Source: Nymphaea colorata (Eukaryota). Taken from it: a stretch of 64,000 nt of DNA. Position numbers and translations under genes: made by a program. The notes below the pieces were generated by a model. It was not told the origin of the DNA. It ran no database searches and worked only from the letters and a program-made list of their open reading frames with translations. The stretch lies in NCBI RefSeq assembly GCF_008831285.2, contig NC_045138.2:3782001-3846000 (forward strand), read 5' to 3'. Shown here piece by piece: positions 30,201 to 42,300 of this stretch (positions within the stretch are counted from its first letter, which is position 1; each line of letters starts with the position of its first letter).

Positions 30201-31631
30201 GTGTTTAAGATTTGTTAACCCATCCCCAAGTTTGGCTTTTGATGTACCAGCATCTGCAATAGCTTTTGATTCTCCGCTGTCACGTTTTCTCCTTAGACGA
30301 ACTAGCTTTGACTGGGACTCGTTTAACTTCTTCTTGGCCTCTTCGAGCTGCAAGTCTTTTCCAACAAGATAATTAGTCAACAAAATCAATTGTACGAAAA
30401 ATAAATAACTAAAAAACAGTTAAACAGTAGCAAATGTCTTATGTTTGCGCTTTACTTTTGAGTGTAAAAGATCCAGTCCCTTCCAATTAATCATCCAACT
30501 AACAGTGCGACCAATATCAGTTGTATGAAAATAAATAACTGAAAATTAGTTGAGCCAAACCGTCCAACAGATGGACACTGACAGGCATCAAGTCTACAAG
30601 CATAGAAGCGGTTGCCACTTGTTTATTGTCAGAAACGGAGTTATTGTAAAAAAGCAGGAAGGATGGCTAAACACAAGGCAAGCAGAGGAACCTTGAGAAT
30701 TCTGTGGAGGATCAACTCGCACCTTCATTATGCACTAACTCTGGCTTATGTACAGAGAGTTTGTTACAACAATGGCAAAAGAGGAACAATGCACACTTAC
30801 TTATGTTAAGTATAGCGTTCACACATGCGAAGAATCCAGGCAAAAAGGAGAAAATATCTACAACAAAAAATTTCTTTTGCAGTCCAGAAGAGAGCATTAT
30901 ACTCAAACGACAACTTCACCGAATGAAATTGGGTCTTAATATTCAATTCTGCTACTTCAACAGTCATCACCCAGAAAATACAAGAAATGAGAAACCGTTA
31001 GGGATTTCTACAGCACAGCTTTTGGTGGAAGTGGAAAGTAGTGTTCGTGACTGGAACGTCAAATATCCACCGGAAGTAATGGGTGCTAATCCTTTATTGC
31101 TTTAGGCAGGCATCAGATTTTCGTGGATAATCTCCTCCCCTTCTTGCCAATAGGCTTTTGTTTTCACCATTCAACTTGGCAAATAAACATTCGCAAATGC
31201 ATGCTTCTGCGTAGAATAGTATCAGCAACCCACCGGCAATGACAACATTACAACTGCAAAGATCTTGGTTGTGACCTTCATGATACCATGGTGCTGATAA
31301 CATTTTACCAAAAAAGTTCTCAGGGTTTCGGATCTATTCAGGAGCGAGGAACAAGCTCTATATGGCAGCGTATAACATATGAACATGATGAAAAGGTAAG
31401 CAAATAAAAAAAGGTTGAAACAAGCATTATTTGTGCGAAGAAAACCCCGGTGAAAGCAACCTGATTGGTGAAGTAGGATAATTTCTGGGCGAGATTTTCC
31501 ACTTCCTTGTTCCTGTGTTCAATCAAAGCCACCAACGCTTCTTCTTCTTCCCCGGTGTCAAGGTTATCTGCCTCGCCATTAGGCACATCGACGTCCTCTT
31601 CCACTTTGGGCTTCTTCCGGACATGCTCCAT
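15247..31631 (-). CDS. Coiled-coil + WD40-repeat (transducin-like) protein, tandem paralogue B, complete, ~541 aa
   Basis: Seven exons with GT/AG borders and phases that close: 31631-31461, 30347-29951, 29862-29706, 27373-27329, 19727-19565, 17345-16978, 15571-15247 (1626 nt). WD-type motifs [67 protein letters not shown]. From memory it resembles Arabidopsis At5g50970-type proteins (unverified). Confidence 0.9.
16531..16836. mobile_element. Tourist-like MITE in intron 6 of WD40 copy B
   Basis: GGGTGTGTTTGGATG ... CATCCAAACGCTACC terminal inverted repeats, CCA/TCA flanks, AT-rich interior. Confidence 0.65.
18139..18319. repeat. Direct tandem duplication, 92-bp period
   Basis: ATCCCATCATTATGTTTCTC...AAATACTTATATA at 18139 and 18231, near-identical. 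Confidence 0.9.
18330..18931. mobile_element. Probable end of a hAT-like non-autonomous element
   Basis: Degenerate TAGTAATATGTATACTG low-complexity array, then clustered CCTAGGC subterminal motifs and a terminus ..ACAACATAG similar to the hAT TIR at 49011. Confidence 0.4.
20576..20826. mobile_element. Tourist-like MITE in intron 4 of WD40 copy B
   Basis: TTA-CGGGCATTTGTTTACCTCC ... GGAGGCTATCAAACACACCC-TTA imperfect TIRs with TTA flanks. Confidence 0.55.
21450..23500 (-). mobile_element. Possible decayed LINE ORF2 remnant
   Basis: Scattered minus-strand fragments (e.g. LSRWENK-like) reminiscent of the L1 region downstream of RT. No intact motif. Confidence 0.3.
24339..24915 (+). mobile_element. 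Decayed Ty3/gypsy RT-RNaseH fragment
   Basis: [31 protein letters not shown], then [11 protein letters not shown] and [11 protein letters not shown] motifs, with stops and frameshifts. Confidence 0.8.
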
Positions 31632-34062
31632 CTCGTCGACGGAAGAAATGAGAGATGTTGCCCTTCCAGGTTTAAGGAACTGGCGGGAGGAGAGCAGTAA
31701 GCCGGGAGCCAGGGGTTCCCAAGCGCGAACAATGACGGTGCTCTAAAACGGCCGCCTACATCGGTGCATATCGGCTCTTCATGGAAATTATGTGGAGTCG
31801 GTACCGATTTCCTCAAATATCGTATGGCATTGTTCTCGAACCGGAAAAGGCGGCACGACTCGGCCGATCTAAGCCGCGGCGATTATTTGTTCGGTGAGAT
31901 ACTCCTAATATTCCTGCAAGTTTCGTCCCAAATTCGAAATCCAGAATGCCTCGCAATGGAAATTTGCGAAATCCGAGGCAAAGATGGGCGTAAATCATAA
32001 CGCGGTGGCCCGTGGGGCCCAACAAATATGGCACCAGCCGATAGATTGGCAACCCACTACTAAAATAACAGTATTATTTTTTCTTTACGGCCGATGTGAT
32101 TCGATATGGGCATCGCATTTCCGGGATGGTACTTATGACTGGTCAAGTATTTGGCTTTAGGGTTGTCTATTTCAAGGTTTGATGCGTATGTTAAGCTTAC
32201 ATGTTTTAATAATCTCAATAATTAAGGTCTGGGATTGCAAAGGTTTCATTATTTAACATTTGGCTTTCAATTTTAAAGCCATCAAATTTTTACGTTTTAA
32301 GATTTACTTTTTAGGACATATTGGTTGGGTTTCATTGTTATTTGTTTTAATATAGGACTCGGAGTTTTGGGTTGGAGTTCAGGATTAGAGTTGATGAGGA
32401 TTTGGGGTTTGAAGTAATTGGGTTAAAAGTATGTATTTTGGTTTGTGAGTCTTAGGGGTTGAGGTTCTAGGGATGTACATGAGGGGTGAGTCTGCCTTTC
32501 GGGTCAACAAGAGCCCACCTGAAATAAGACCCGAAGGCAAAGGCCTTCATATTCCTCTCCCTCTATCATCCTGAGTTGCATTAGGGTTAGCGATGGTAGT
32601 AGTGCTCTCTTCAAATTGGATATTGAATATTGTGTCCGACTATCTTATGAAGCAAGAACATAATGTCTATGAAAATCATGCTAAAGACTTGCTTTTTAGC
32701 AAGCTCTTAACCCAGCCAGCTATGCTATGCCTCTTGGGGCTAGAGTTAAAGATTTAGTTTGTTGAAATGATTATTTTGAATGTAAACAAATGTAAAGTTG
32801 CAAAAAATGGAAGGGAAAAGATTTGATGGAAAGGAAAGGATCAATTGCAATTAGATGTCATTATCCATACAAACAATTGTATGTCACTTTTCATACAAAA
32901 AATGAAATTGTATACCATTAGTGCTTCTTAATGAAAGAAAATGAGAAACTACAATCGTAGGCTATTAGTACTAACTATAACAAAAACGTAATGGAAATGA
33001 TCAATGGCAATTGTGTGGCATTAGTGTTAATGATCAATGGCAATTGTATAGCATTAGTGTTGACTATGACTATAAGCACACTCGCATCACCAAAAGTTCC
33101 TTTCAGGCTACCAGCTTGCCATATTTTGAAACTTGGAGAGCATCTACCATGCACCAATACTGTTGGAGACATGAATCGAGTTGCATACTCAACCTTCTGA
33201 TACATACCTTCTGAAGGGCAAGGGGAGAATGTTGCACAAATTACTAGAAGGCCTGTTGACTGACCGATTTATTATGGAATTTATCTTAGATCAGTGGATA
33301 ACCCAAGTTACGAGACCGTCGCACCAAGACATGCAACAAACTTTTCAAATAGTTGTAGAAATTAAAGCAACAAACTTTTCAGATAGTAGTTGTATAAATT
33401 TAAGGAGTATTGGTATGTTGACAGAATCAAACATTTTTTAGCTCTGACACATAAGGTTAATCAACTTTACTACCCACGCTAGTTATCATGTGCTATTCAT
33501 ATCCCTATTAATATGATACCCTATATGGAAGGACTTAAAATAATCTTGTATTGATGTATTGAAGATGCTCGAGGGCTTTATAATTGTTGGTTTCTTAACA
33601 ACAGTTCTCTTGGTTTCTAGCCCTTTCTAAGACATGAACTACAACCAGTTAAGGGGTGGATTGGATTCTGTCAGACCAGAAACTTGGGTCAGTTTTAGGA
33701 TAAATTGTTAGCGCATGAAACAGTTCTCTTAGTAAGAATTAGGAGTAGAGAGAGAGCCATTTTTCCCACTATATTGTTTAACCTTGATTTAGCAAACTCT
33801 GATTGCAATTGTTGAACGCACCAGTATCTGTTAAATTTAGCAGTCATGATATTAAAATTACAGGTTCAAGAAACCTGTAAATGGATCTTTGCTTGTGTGG
33901 CTGAAGCTGGACGCAGTCGCTTCTCAGTCACTAAATAATGGGGTCTTGCACAATCAATGACACAGTTTCCCCTTGACATCCAGATTGTTCCAGCTCACTT
34001 TCAGAAAGAAATGTCATTTCAGTTGTCTTCACAGGCATGTTATTTACAACTTTCCAATGCAG

Positions 34063-34360
34063 TCGAACATTTGTCTACGTCGCCCTAGAAAGCCTGAGAT
34101 CGGTGATAAGTTCAGTAGTAGACATGGACAAAAAGGGTGTCTGTTCTCAGTCGTGGCCAGACGTTAACATGCCCTTTTCAGGAGTAACAGGCATACGACC
34201 TGATCCGGAGAACGTCTGCGTGGGGGGTAGGCCGTAGGCCCCCAACTTTTATTTCAAGAAAATGACATTACATACGACCTAATCTCGTATTCAACCCACA
34301 CATTTCCATCTAGGATGACAATTGACAATTGCTATGCTTTTGGAATCCATAGCTGCAAAG
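34063..34360 (+). pseudogene. NRPA2: Isolated degenerate exon of RNA polymerase I second-largest subunit (RPA2/NRPA2)
   Basis: Translates across frameshifts as LRRPRKPEIGDKFSSRHGQKG / VCSQSWPDVNMPFSGVTGIRPD / LVFNPH.FPSRMT..MLLESIAAK. The CSQ.WP..MPF.GVTG.RPD variant is Pol I type. Flanked by acceptor TGCAG (34058-34062) and donor GTATGA (34361). Has a 1-nt frameshift, a ~65-70 bp insertion and a TGACAAT duplication. Confidence 0.8.
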
Positions 34361-35472
34361 GTATGAGAAGATGCTTGCTTCTGCTAGACCTGATTAAACT
34401 TAGTTGATTCATGACACATTTTAATATTTCACCAATTATATGTGAAGCATAAGCATGCATAACAAATAATTTATTCATACACATCCCTTGTTCTAGACAC
34501 TTAATACTTTTGAAGCTTAACACAGGTTGATATGGATGCCTCAGAATTTTTATCGCTGTGTTTATAATTTTACGAGATTGATGATTGGATGTTTAAGCTG
34601 TACGTTATTTTTTACAATGCAATCTTATGAGCTATATGTGCATATGGACGAGAAAGGATAAGCGCACTGATGGTTAGCACATATGTGTGGCCACAATAAT
34701 TCTTTTTATATCTCTCTCAATGTAGCCATCAGATTATAATTGTAACAAGTTAGTTGGTCGATAATTTCAATTCCCTTGCCCTTTCCGAGAACTTCTTTCT
34801 AGATTTCCTCATCACATTCCTGTTTTTTTTTGACAATTTTCGTGGCCTTTCAAGCACTACTTTTGATTTTTTTTATCACCGTTTTGTTTTTTTTGGGTGC
34901 TTTTGAGTATCTGCATTTTCCATGCCCCGCCCTGTCAATACCACAGTTTCCTTCTTTTCTCCCACAGCCTCAAATGTTTTAGCATGGGAAATGACGAACA
35001 AAAATGCAGTGTATCTCAACATCATATCAGGGGTCTTGGAGGAAATTAACATGGTTCCACAAAGGGCCCGCAAACTGAGGATGTTACATTAATTTGCCAT
35101 GGTTTACCAGAACGGTGCCTCCCATGGCCCAACAAAGTTTAACTGAACCATGTCATGGTTTTCAGTGATTTGTCCTTTTCCATAGCAGCGCAAGAAATCT
35201 ACCAACTGTTACAGCTTGCTCATGGTTATTGAGATATAGAACTGTTCGTACATGACTTAGTAGCTCCTTAGAAGCAGATAGGAGCCTGGAGCCTGCAGTC
35301 ATAATGAACTGACCATGAGCGGGCTCTGTTTATGAACTAAGTAACTATGTCACACAGATGCAGGGTGCAAGTGCCAATGCAGGTGTGGATGCAGGCGCCC
35401 GTACGAAACATTCCAAAAAATTGGGTGTGGAGATGCAGCAAAGGTATATACTATAAATCATCCTAACAATTG

Positions 35473-35742
35473 TAGTGTTAAAAAATCCAAAAGCGAACCA
35501 AATCAGAAGGCTATGGACTTGACCAATCAGCCAATTCAGAAATTCAGCTGAACCTGTTTTCAATCAGCAAAAGACATTATTATATTGGTTTCCAAAAAAA
35601 ATAGACGATGTACATAGAAACATTTAAAAGAAACCACTAACATATTTTAAAATAATAAAAAATGAACTATGTGTAACATATAGAACCTTTTTGCCACTGA
35701 CTTGATTTGAACCCGACCAATTGAGGCCAATTTCACAACATT
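35473..35742. mobile_element. Possible hAT-type MITE
   Basis: TAGTGTT ... CAACATTG termini similar to the hAT TIRs elsewhere in the window. GTATATACTATAAAT occurs on both sides. Confidence 0.35.
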
Positions 35743-37559
35743 GGTATATACTATAAATTAGTTAAGAGCAACCTCTCAACCTTTTTGACAATAACAGTAA
35801 AACCCATTCGAACATAAAGAAAATGGCTTCAATGATCATTCATGCTCCTTTACATGTTTACAATTAGTCAACTTATTGCAAATGGTGATATTTTGAGATT
35901 TCGTTTGTCATTATTCCAATTGCTACAGATGATCAAAGCTACAAATTAAATGACAAAAAAATTAAACTCTGTTTTCAGCATGCAGGAGAAAGTTCCAGCA
36001 TATTCAGCACACAACCAGGAAAAGGAAATTCTTGCAAGATGAATGAGCAGTGCAAAGCCCAAAGCAAAGCAGCAAAAAAGGAACTAAACTCAGGCGGCGG
36101 ACTTTCCTGGAGCCCAAAAAAGGAGGGACATCTTTGAAGCGAGGAAGGGAAATATGGGCCTCCGCTGCTGCTGATTTTTTGCTCTCAGGCTTGCTTGCTG
36201 GTCATAAGGGATATCACTGTTTCACCCATGATGAAACGATTGAATCTATTGTCAGTAAAAACAAGGACAAATCATACAAAGGAACCAATAATTTTCTCTT
36301 CTACCAGAAAAACAACATGCCTGGTTTGGGAGATTTCTCTGCATGTAGATTTATATCACAGTAAGGAGCAAAACAGAGAGAGAGAGAGAGAGAGAAAAGG
36401 AGATGGTTACTACACATTGTAATGATTCACCCACTTTTTCTCTCTTTTAAAAGGGAATGCAGATCTGGATCGCTGAATGACTACAACCAGATCTAAGTGC
36501 AGTTCATGATTTTTAAATGATTTACCTAATATGCAGATATGTTTAATCACCTTGCCCATATCATAAGATTCAATTGCAAATACCTCTCATAACAACCAGC
36601 ATAATGACATGAACCAGAAATGTATATTATTTTCATACATCCATATATAGTCATACTTGGACATAGCTACACATAATGTGAATGGTCACATGTCATTCAT
36701 GAAGACCTGAACTCTCTCAACAAGATGAAGCAAAACCAAGCCCAACAAGGCTCGGAAGGGAACAACATAACAAAATTGGCAGAGCTTATACTGAACACAA
36801 AAGTGGATGAGAAGAAGATCTTATATATATACATATATAATCCTTATCAGAGTGAATAACAAATGACAAAATGGAAAACTGCAACCAATTTTGACTGTGC
36901 TTGGAAAGATCAGATAATCTACCAATTTTGCATTTTTGTGTGGCCCAGCTGCAAGAGCCTTTCATAAGGGTTGGTACTGTACTTTCATTAGGACTCTGCC
37001 TTTGACAGACCAGATGTCGCTCTACCTTGCTGGGTGTCACACAGAAGTGGTGAAATAATCTTGATTTCTCTCAAGTCTCAAGAGCCTAATCAGAAACCTT
37101 TAAGTGGTTGTCATTCAACCTCGGCAGGTACACCTTTTTGTTCTTCAAAAGAGCAGTTGGCCATTAGAGCCTGCCTGCCCACTGCACAACCCTGTTCATA
37201 ATCCTCAAAACCCAAGCTATCCCAACTAACTCTATTTCCTAAACTAATTTCATTGTCGACCGTTGTCCTTCAACCCTTCTCCATGAAATCACAAAAATAT
37301 CAATTTGTGAAATTGATATAACGTCAATCACAAACAAAGAAAAATTTTCATTTGAATAATCATTTTCATTACAAAAAGAGGTGAATATACCAGACTTCAC
37401 ATCTTTGTGTCGGATACACAAGGTAACCAGCTTCACATTTTTTCATATGAAACCTACCCATTGGCCTGTTATGGTGGCAGCATGTACAAAAGGATGACAA
37501 GACCTAGATGGGAAGAGGCAGTCAGGTATAAAACTTGTAAGTTTCAATCACTTCAAAAT

Positions 37560-39278
37560 CTAGGGACGAGTCATATTTCGCCACTTGTCCTTCAAATCTA
37601 TCTGTTGCAGTAAGGTCAGCGAAAATTTATCAGCAAAAATCATCTCCACATAAAAAAGAGGATATAGCACAAATGAAAAAATTAAGTACCTCCGTTCTTC
37701 CTTCAAAAACTTCATGATGGCAATTCAGAATGAACTTCCAGCTCCCTACTCCACATCTGTCGATGGGGAAAAGGAAAAGAAAAAGTTCTTCAGAACAACA
37801 CTGTAAAACACAAACTGCATTCAAGCGAGTAAGTCCTTGAAGTTATTCCGGAAACAGAATAAACAAGGCCTTACACAATGCATTCTCAGCATGAGGACAA
37901 AACTATGTTTGGTGAACAAGGAAATACCATGTAAATTAGTTCCATGTTCCCAAAAAAAAAAAAGGAAAATCTAGAGATCAACTTCAAATGCATTGGTGAA
38001 GAGACAACAAGTATAAGCATAGAAGTTTTGGCCCTCATAGCATCTGTTCCAATAAGTACGGAAAATAGAATATGACTTGATCAACTATAGCATCGCAAGG
38101 TAAAATTGTATTCTCAACATTGATAGCTCAGAAAGGAATGGGAGAGAAAAAAAAGTGATCGCACAATGACATAGTTGCCAGGACTAACAAACAAAAGGAG
38201 TCAAACATATAAAATTGAATGAAAAATCACCCGATCAAATTATTTAAAATTATGAAAAAACATAACGAACCTGAACCAAATTATGGAAAACTCTTTACTG
38301 AGTGAAGCTAAACTACAAAGCTTCACCACAAGCATTCTAGGAATACCGCTTGCTCTCGATAGGTAAAAAAGTTGGGGCCAGGCCTTAGCCAGGGACTCAA
38401 TCAAGGGGCAACCTGGTTCCACATACAAAGTAATTGTCCAACCAGGAGTTTTTGGCTCTTAAAGCAGCTTACTTCGATAGATTCCTTGAATAAGTAGCAC
38501 CAGTAAGGGAGGCTATTGAAAACCTCTTCCACCTATGACATCGGTTCTTTGCCTCCACCCATGAATGGCACACAACCATAGATTCTTGACTCGTGAAATT
38601 GGATGGTGATTCACAAACTCGCTCGCTTCTAGAAAGGGGAAGGACAGGTTTCCTTTTTAGTGAAGTTTTCATACAAGTGAAAGCAATAGCCCGAAAAATA
38701 AGACAATGAATACAAGAGAAGGTGATAGCGGTCAGACCACCTTGTAGCTGTGACTATCATTTTCTACTTTGAATGATATTACAGCATAAATCAACCAAAA
38801 TTTACCTACAGAAGAGAGTTTAAAGTACAAAATATGTAACACCCTATTGAAAAGTTTGGTCTCATTTTTAAAATTGTAAACAAGCTTGGGAGATTGGAAC
38901 CTGAGCCCATTGTGGAAGTGGGCTGGGTCTTACAAAGACCCTTGGCCCTTGCGAAGGCAGAAACACTATATATAGTTGGCAAGCTCAATGAGCCAACTCG
39001 GGCAGAGGAGCTCAGACCTGTTAGAAGCTTAATCATGATCTAGGACTTGAATCATTTCAACCCGACCTCTCAAGGAATCGGGCTTGGATCTTTAGATCAT
39101 CTCATTGCCAAACCGGATCAAAATTGCTATTCTGGTCTGATTTGATTTGCAGCAAAATGTTATAATCTTTCAAGTCGTGTCGTGTTGTCAAACTGCTTGC
39201 ACCACATATAAGTCGTGGACTCGAGTTTTCTCATATGTCTGAAGCAGTCTATGAAGGAGCCACAATTTTACTAGAGGG

Positions 39279-39329
<51 letters not shown>

Positions 39330-42300
39330 TCGCTAACAACTGTTATTGCAGACCAGGGTCTCCGCTAATCGCCAAGGCACTCTCTATCCTTCCCTAGTTC
39401 CCGAGATTGTTGTCCAAAACTAGGGTCTCTCCCTCTCCAGCTCTCTCTTGTTCTAGAGTCCCTGATACACTACGATCTCTAGCTACCCCTCTCTAGTTTT
39501 CATAAATTGAGTTAATTTTTGTTAGGTTTGCATGTTCATTGAAGTGGAAGAGGGACTTTCTCTTACAGTTATGAAATTGCTTTAATAGCTGGAACTATGT
39601 AAGAAGTAGATTTGTTTCTAAGATTGAGAGAAATCTTGGTAAAGAGGGCGGCTAAAAGATAGATTGTCTTGGTTGTTAGTCCTTTTGAGAGAGGAACAGA
39701 GTCCTTTCGGGACAGAAACAAAAAAGGAGAAAGGAAGGGGGGGCTGAGGTGAGCTCTGTTAGAATTTATAATGTAAGTATACATACATGTTTTTGTATCT
39801 ACTATCATATATCTTAAACTCCTAGCAGTTTGATGTATGATTTGTATATATAAATGTATGTGTGTATGCATAGGACTTTTTGTAACTTTTTGTATTTATT
39901 TTGTCTTTATTTTTCATGCCTTTTTCTAAACCTTTTTCTTTTCTTTTTTTTATTAAGAAAGGAAGTAGCTGTTGGGAGTTCCCAACGGCTAGAAATCTAG
40001 CCGTTGGGAGCCCCAACAGCCACTTCCTCTTCCTCTTTTCTTCCTCCTTTCTTATATACTTCCTCTATAAATAAGGCACTTGGGACCTTTGTTCTTTTAA
40101 GGCTTTTTGGCCTCTCTTGTGTATTCTTCTCTTGAGATTAATATATTTGGTATCTTCTCCTCAAGTTTGAGGTTTGGCTTTGTATTATCTATTGAAGTTG
40201 TTGGGATCTTCAAGAGTGTATCTCTTGAAGCATTTGCATTCTCGAATTTGGGCCTGATTTACATGGTATCAAAGCAATGTTTTGGCTCTTTGTCGTGCTG
40301 TTTTTTCAAGACTTGAAGATTCAGCTATTACACTTTCTTTGGAGCTGTGAAGCACTCCAAGTGTTCGATATATTGTCGGCTGTGATTTAACACAAACACA
40401 AGAGGGTTTTGTTTGTTTGCTGACCTCTTTTGGTGATATTTGTGACGGGATCAAGCTTCCTTGAGGTGAAGATTGAAGCAGTTTTTGGCACATCAAAAGC
40501 TTCTTTTTTTGTGGCTGTTTTTCATCCTATCACTACCTCAACGTCTCCTCTACAGGGTACACATTATGGATGAAAGAAATTCTTCTACTCCTCTCCCTAA
40601 ACTTACTTCATCAAACTATGTTTCTTGGGCAAAAACTATGGAACATTTCATTAGAAGTAAAGGCTTATGGGGACTTGTTGATGGATCTAAAAGTGAACCT
40701 CAATTAGTCCTAACCAAAACCATAGATGGTAAAGCCCAAGAACTAGATGGGGTGGAAAAAAACAAGGTCATGAGTGAATACGAGAGAAAATGGGAAGAGT
40801 GGAAGATAGGACATCACAAGATTATCACTTGGATTATTGCTTGTGTTGATACTACAACTATGGGCCAAATAGCAAAACATAATTTTGCTCATGATGCTTG
40901 GGATTTCCTCAAGAAAACCCACACTATGAAAGATGTGGCTTACATGTGCAATCTTCAAATGAAGATTGCAAGTCTCCAACAAGGGGATAAGTCCATTAAG
41001 CAATACGTTGGAGAAATGGAGCAATTATGGGACAAACTTGCCCTATTTGAACCCGAATGGTATGATCCAAGAGACATTGGAGTGAGGGAAAAATAAATCC
41101 AAAGGGAAAAATTTTACAAATTCATTCTTGGTCTTAGACCGGAATATGATGGAGTCAAAACTTCCTTGCTTCATAGACATAAGGTGCCATCTATGAATGA
41201 AGTCATAGCCGAGCTTCAAATGGAGGAGAATAGACTCAATTTTTGTAAAGAAAAGAGTGAAAGTGTTCTTGCTACTTCAAGACCCGGCGCTCATATGAGA
41301 ACTTATAGACCTCCTCATTTTAATCGAAATTATGAGAATAATGGCAACAAGAAGATTATATGTTTCCATTGTCAAGAAGAAAGACACACTAAACCTAGGT
41401 GTCCTAAATTGAGGAGATTTGACAAAAAGACAAGTGTGGTTGGGACAATGTATGAAGAAAGCAATCGATTTGACCTAGACAAGCTTATTGATGCTCTTCA
41501 ACCACTACTCAAAGGGAAAGGGACTTCTCCAACTTCCGGAGCAACGATAGCATCTACATCTTCAAGTAAGTACTCTTGGATTCTTGATTCTGGAGCTTCT
41601 TTTCATATGACCCCTTGTAGTTTATTACTTACCGAATGCACTAAGGAGGAATCGTGCCCTTTTGTTAAAACCGCCGATGGAACTCCTCTTGAAATCAGAT
41701 GTGTTGGGAATATTGATCAAAATTTTGATTCAAAAGTTTTCAAAATACCAAAAGTTAGATTCATTCCCAAACTTAACTTAAATCTCTTGTCGGTTTCTCA
41801 AATAACAAATCATGGATGTGATATTGTCTTCTCACAAAATAAATTTTTGATACAGGACCATCTTTCCAAGAAGACGATTGGGGAAGGTTCTAGGAAAGAT
41901 GATCTCTACTATGTTGATTATTTGGATCTTTCCAACCCAACTTGCAATGTAGTCAAGAAGAAAGACATCCAAATTTGACATTAAAGACTTGGACATTCAA
42001 GTTTAGGAAAAATGTCTTGTATCCCTTTTTTGGAAGAGAAATGTAAAGAAATGATCTCATGTGATGATTGTATTAAAGCCAAAATTAAGGCTTTACCTTT
42101 TGGAAATAGAAATTTTGTTGCAAAAGCACCTTTTGAATTAGTGCATTCAGATGTATGGGGTCCCGCTCCTATTATGTCCAAAGGTGGTTTACTTTATTAT
42201 GTCATTTTTGTAGATGATTACTCTCGTTATGCTTGGGTTTACTTTCTTAAACACAAATCGGAAGTTTTTTTGAATTTCAAAAACTTTTACAACATGATCA

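Noticed and set aside
32490..32545. Short GC hairpin as a Helitron 3' end
   Set aside because: No CTRR terminus at the expected distance and the loop is too long.
32975..33205. Possible captured exon (MYQKVEYATRFM..) and adjacent 33-bp tandem duplication
   Set aside because: No recognisable family and ambiguous splice signals. Cannot be supported without a search.
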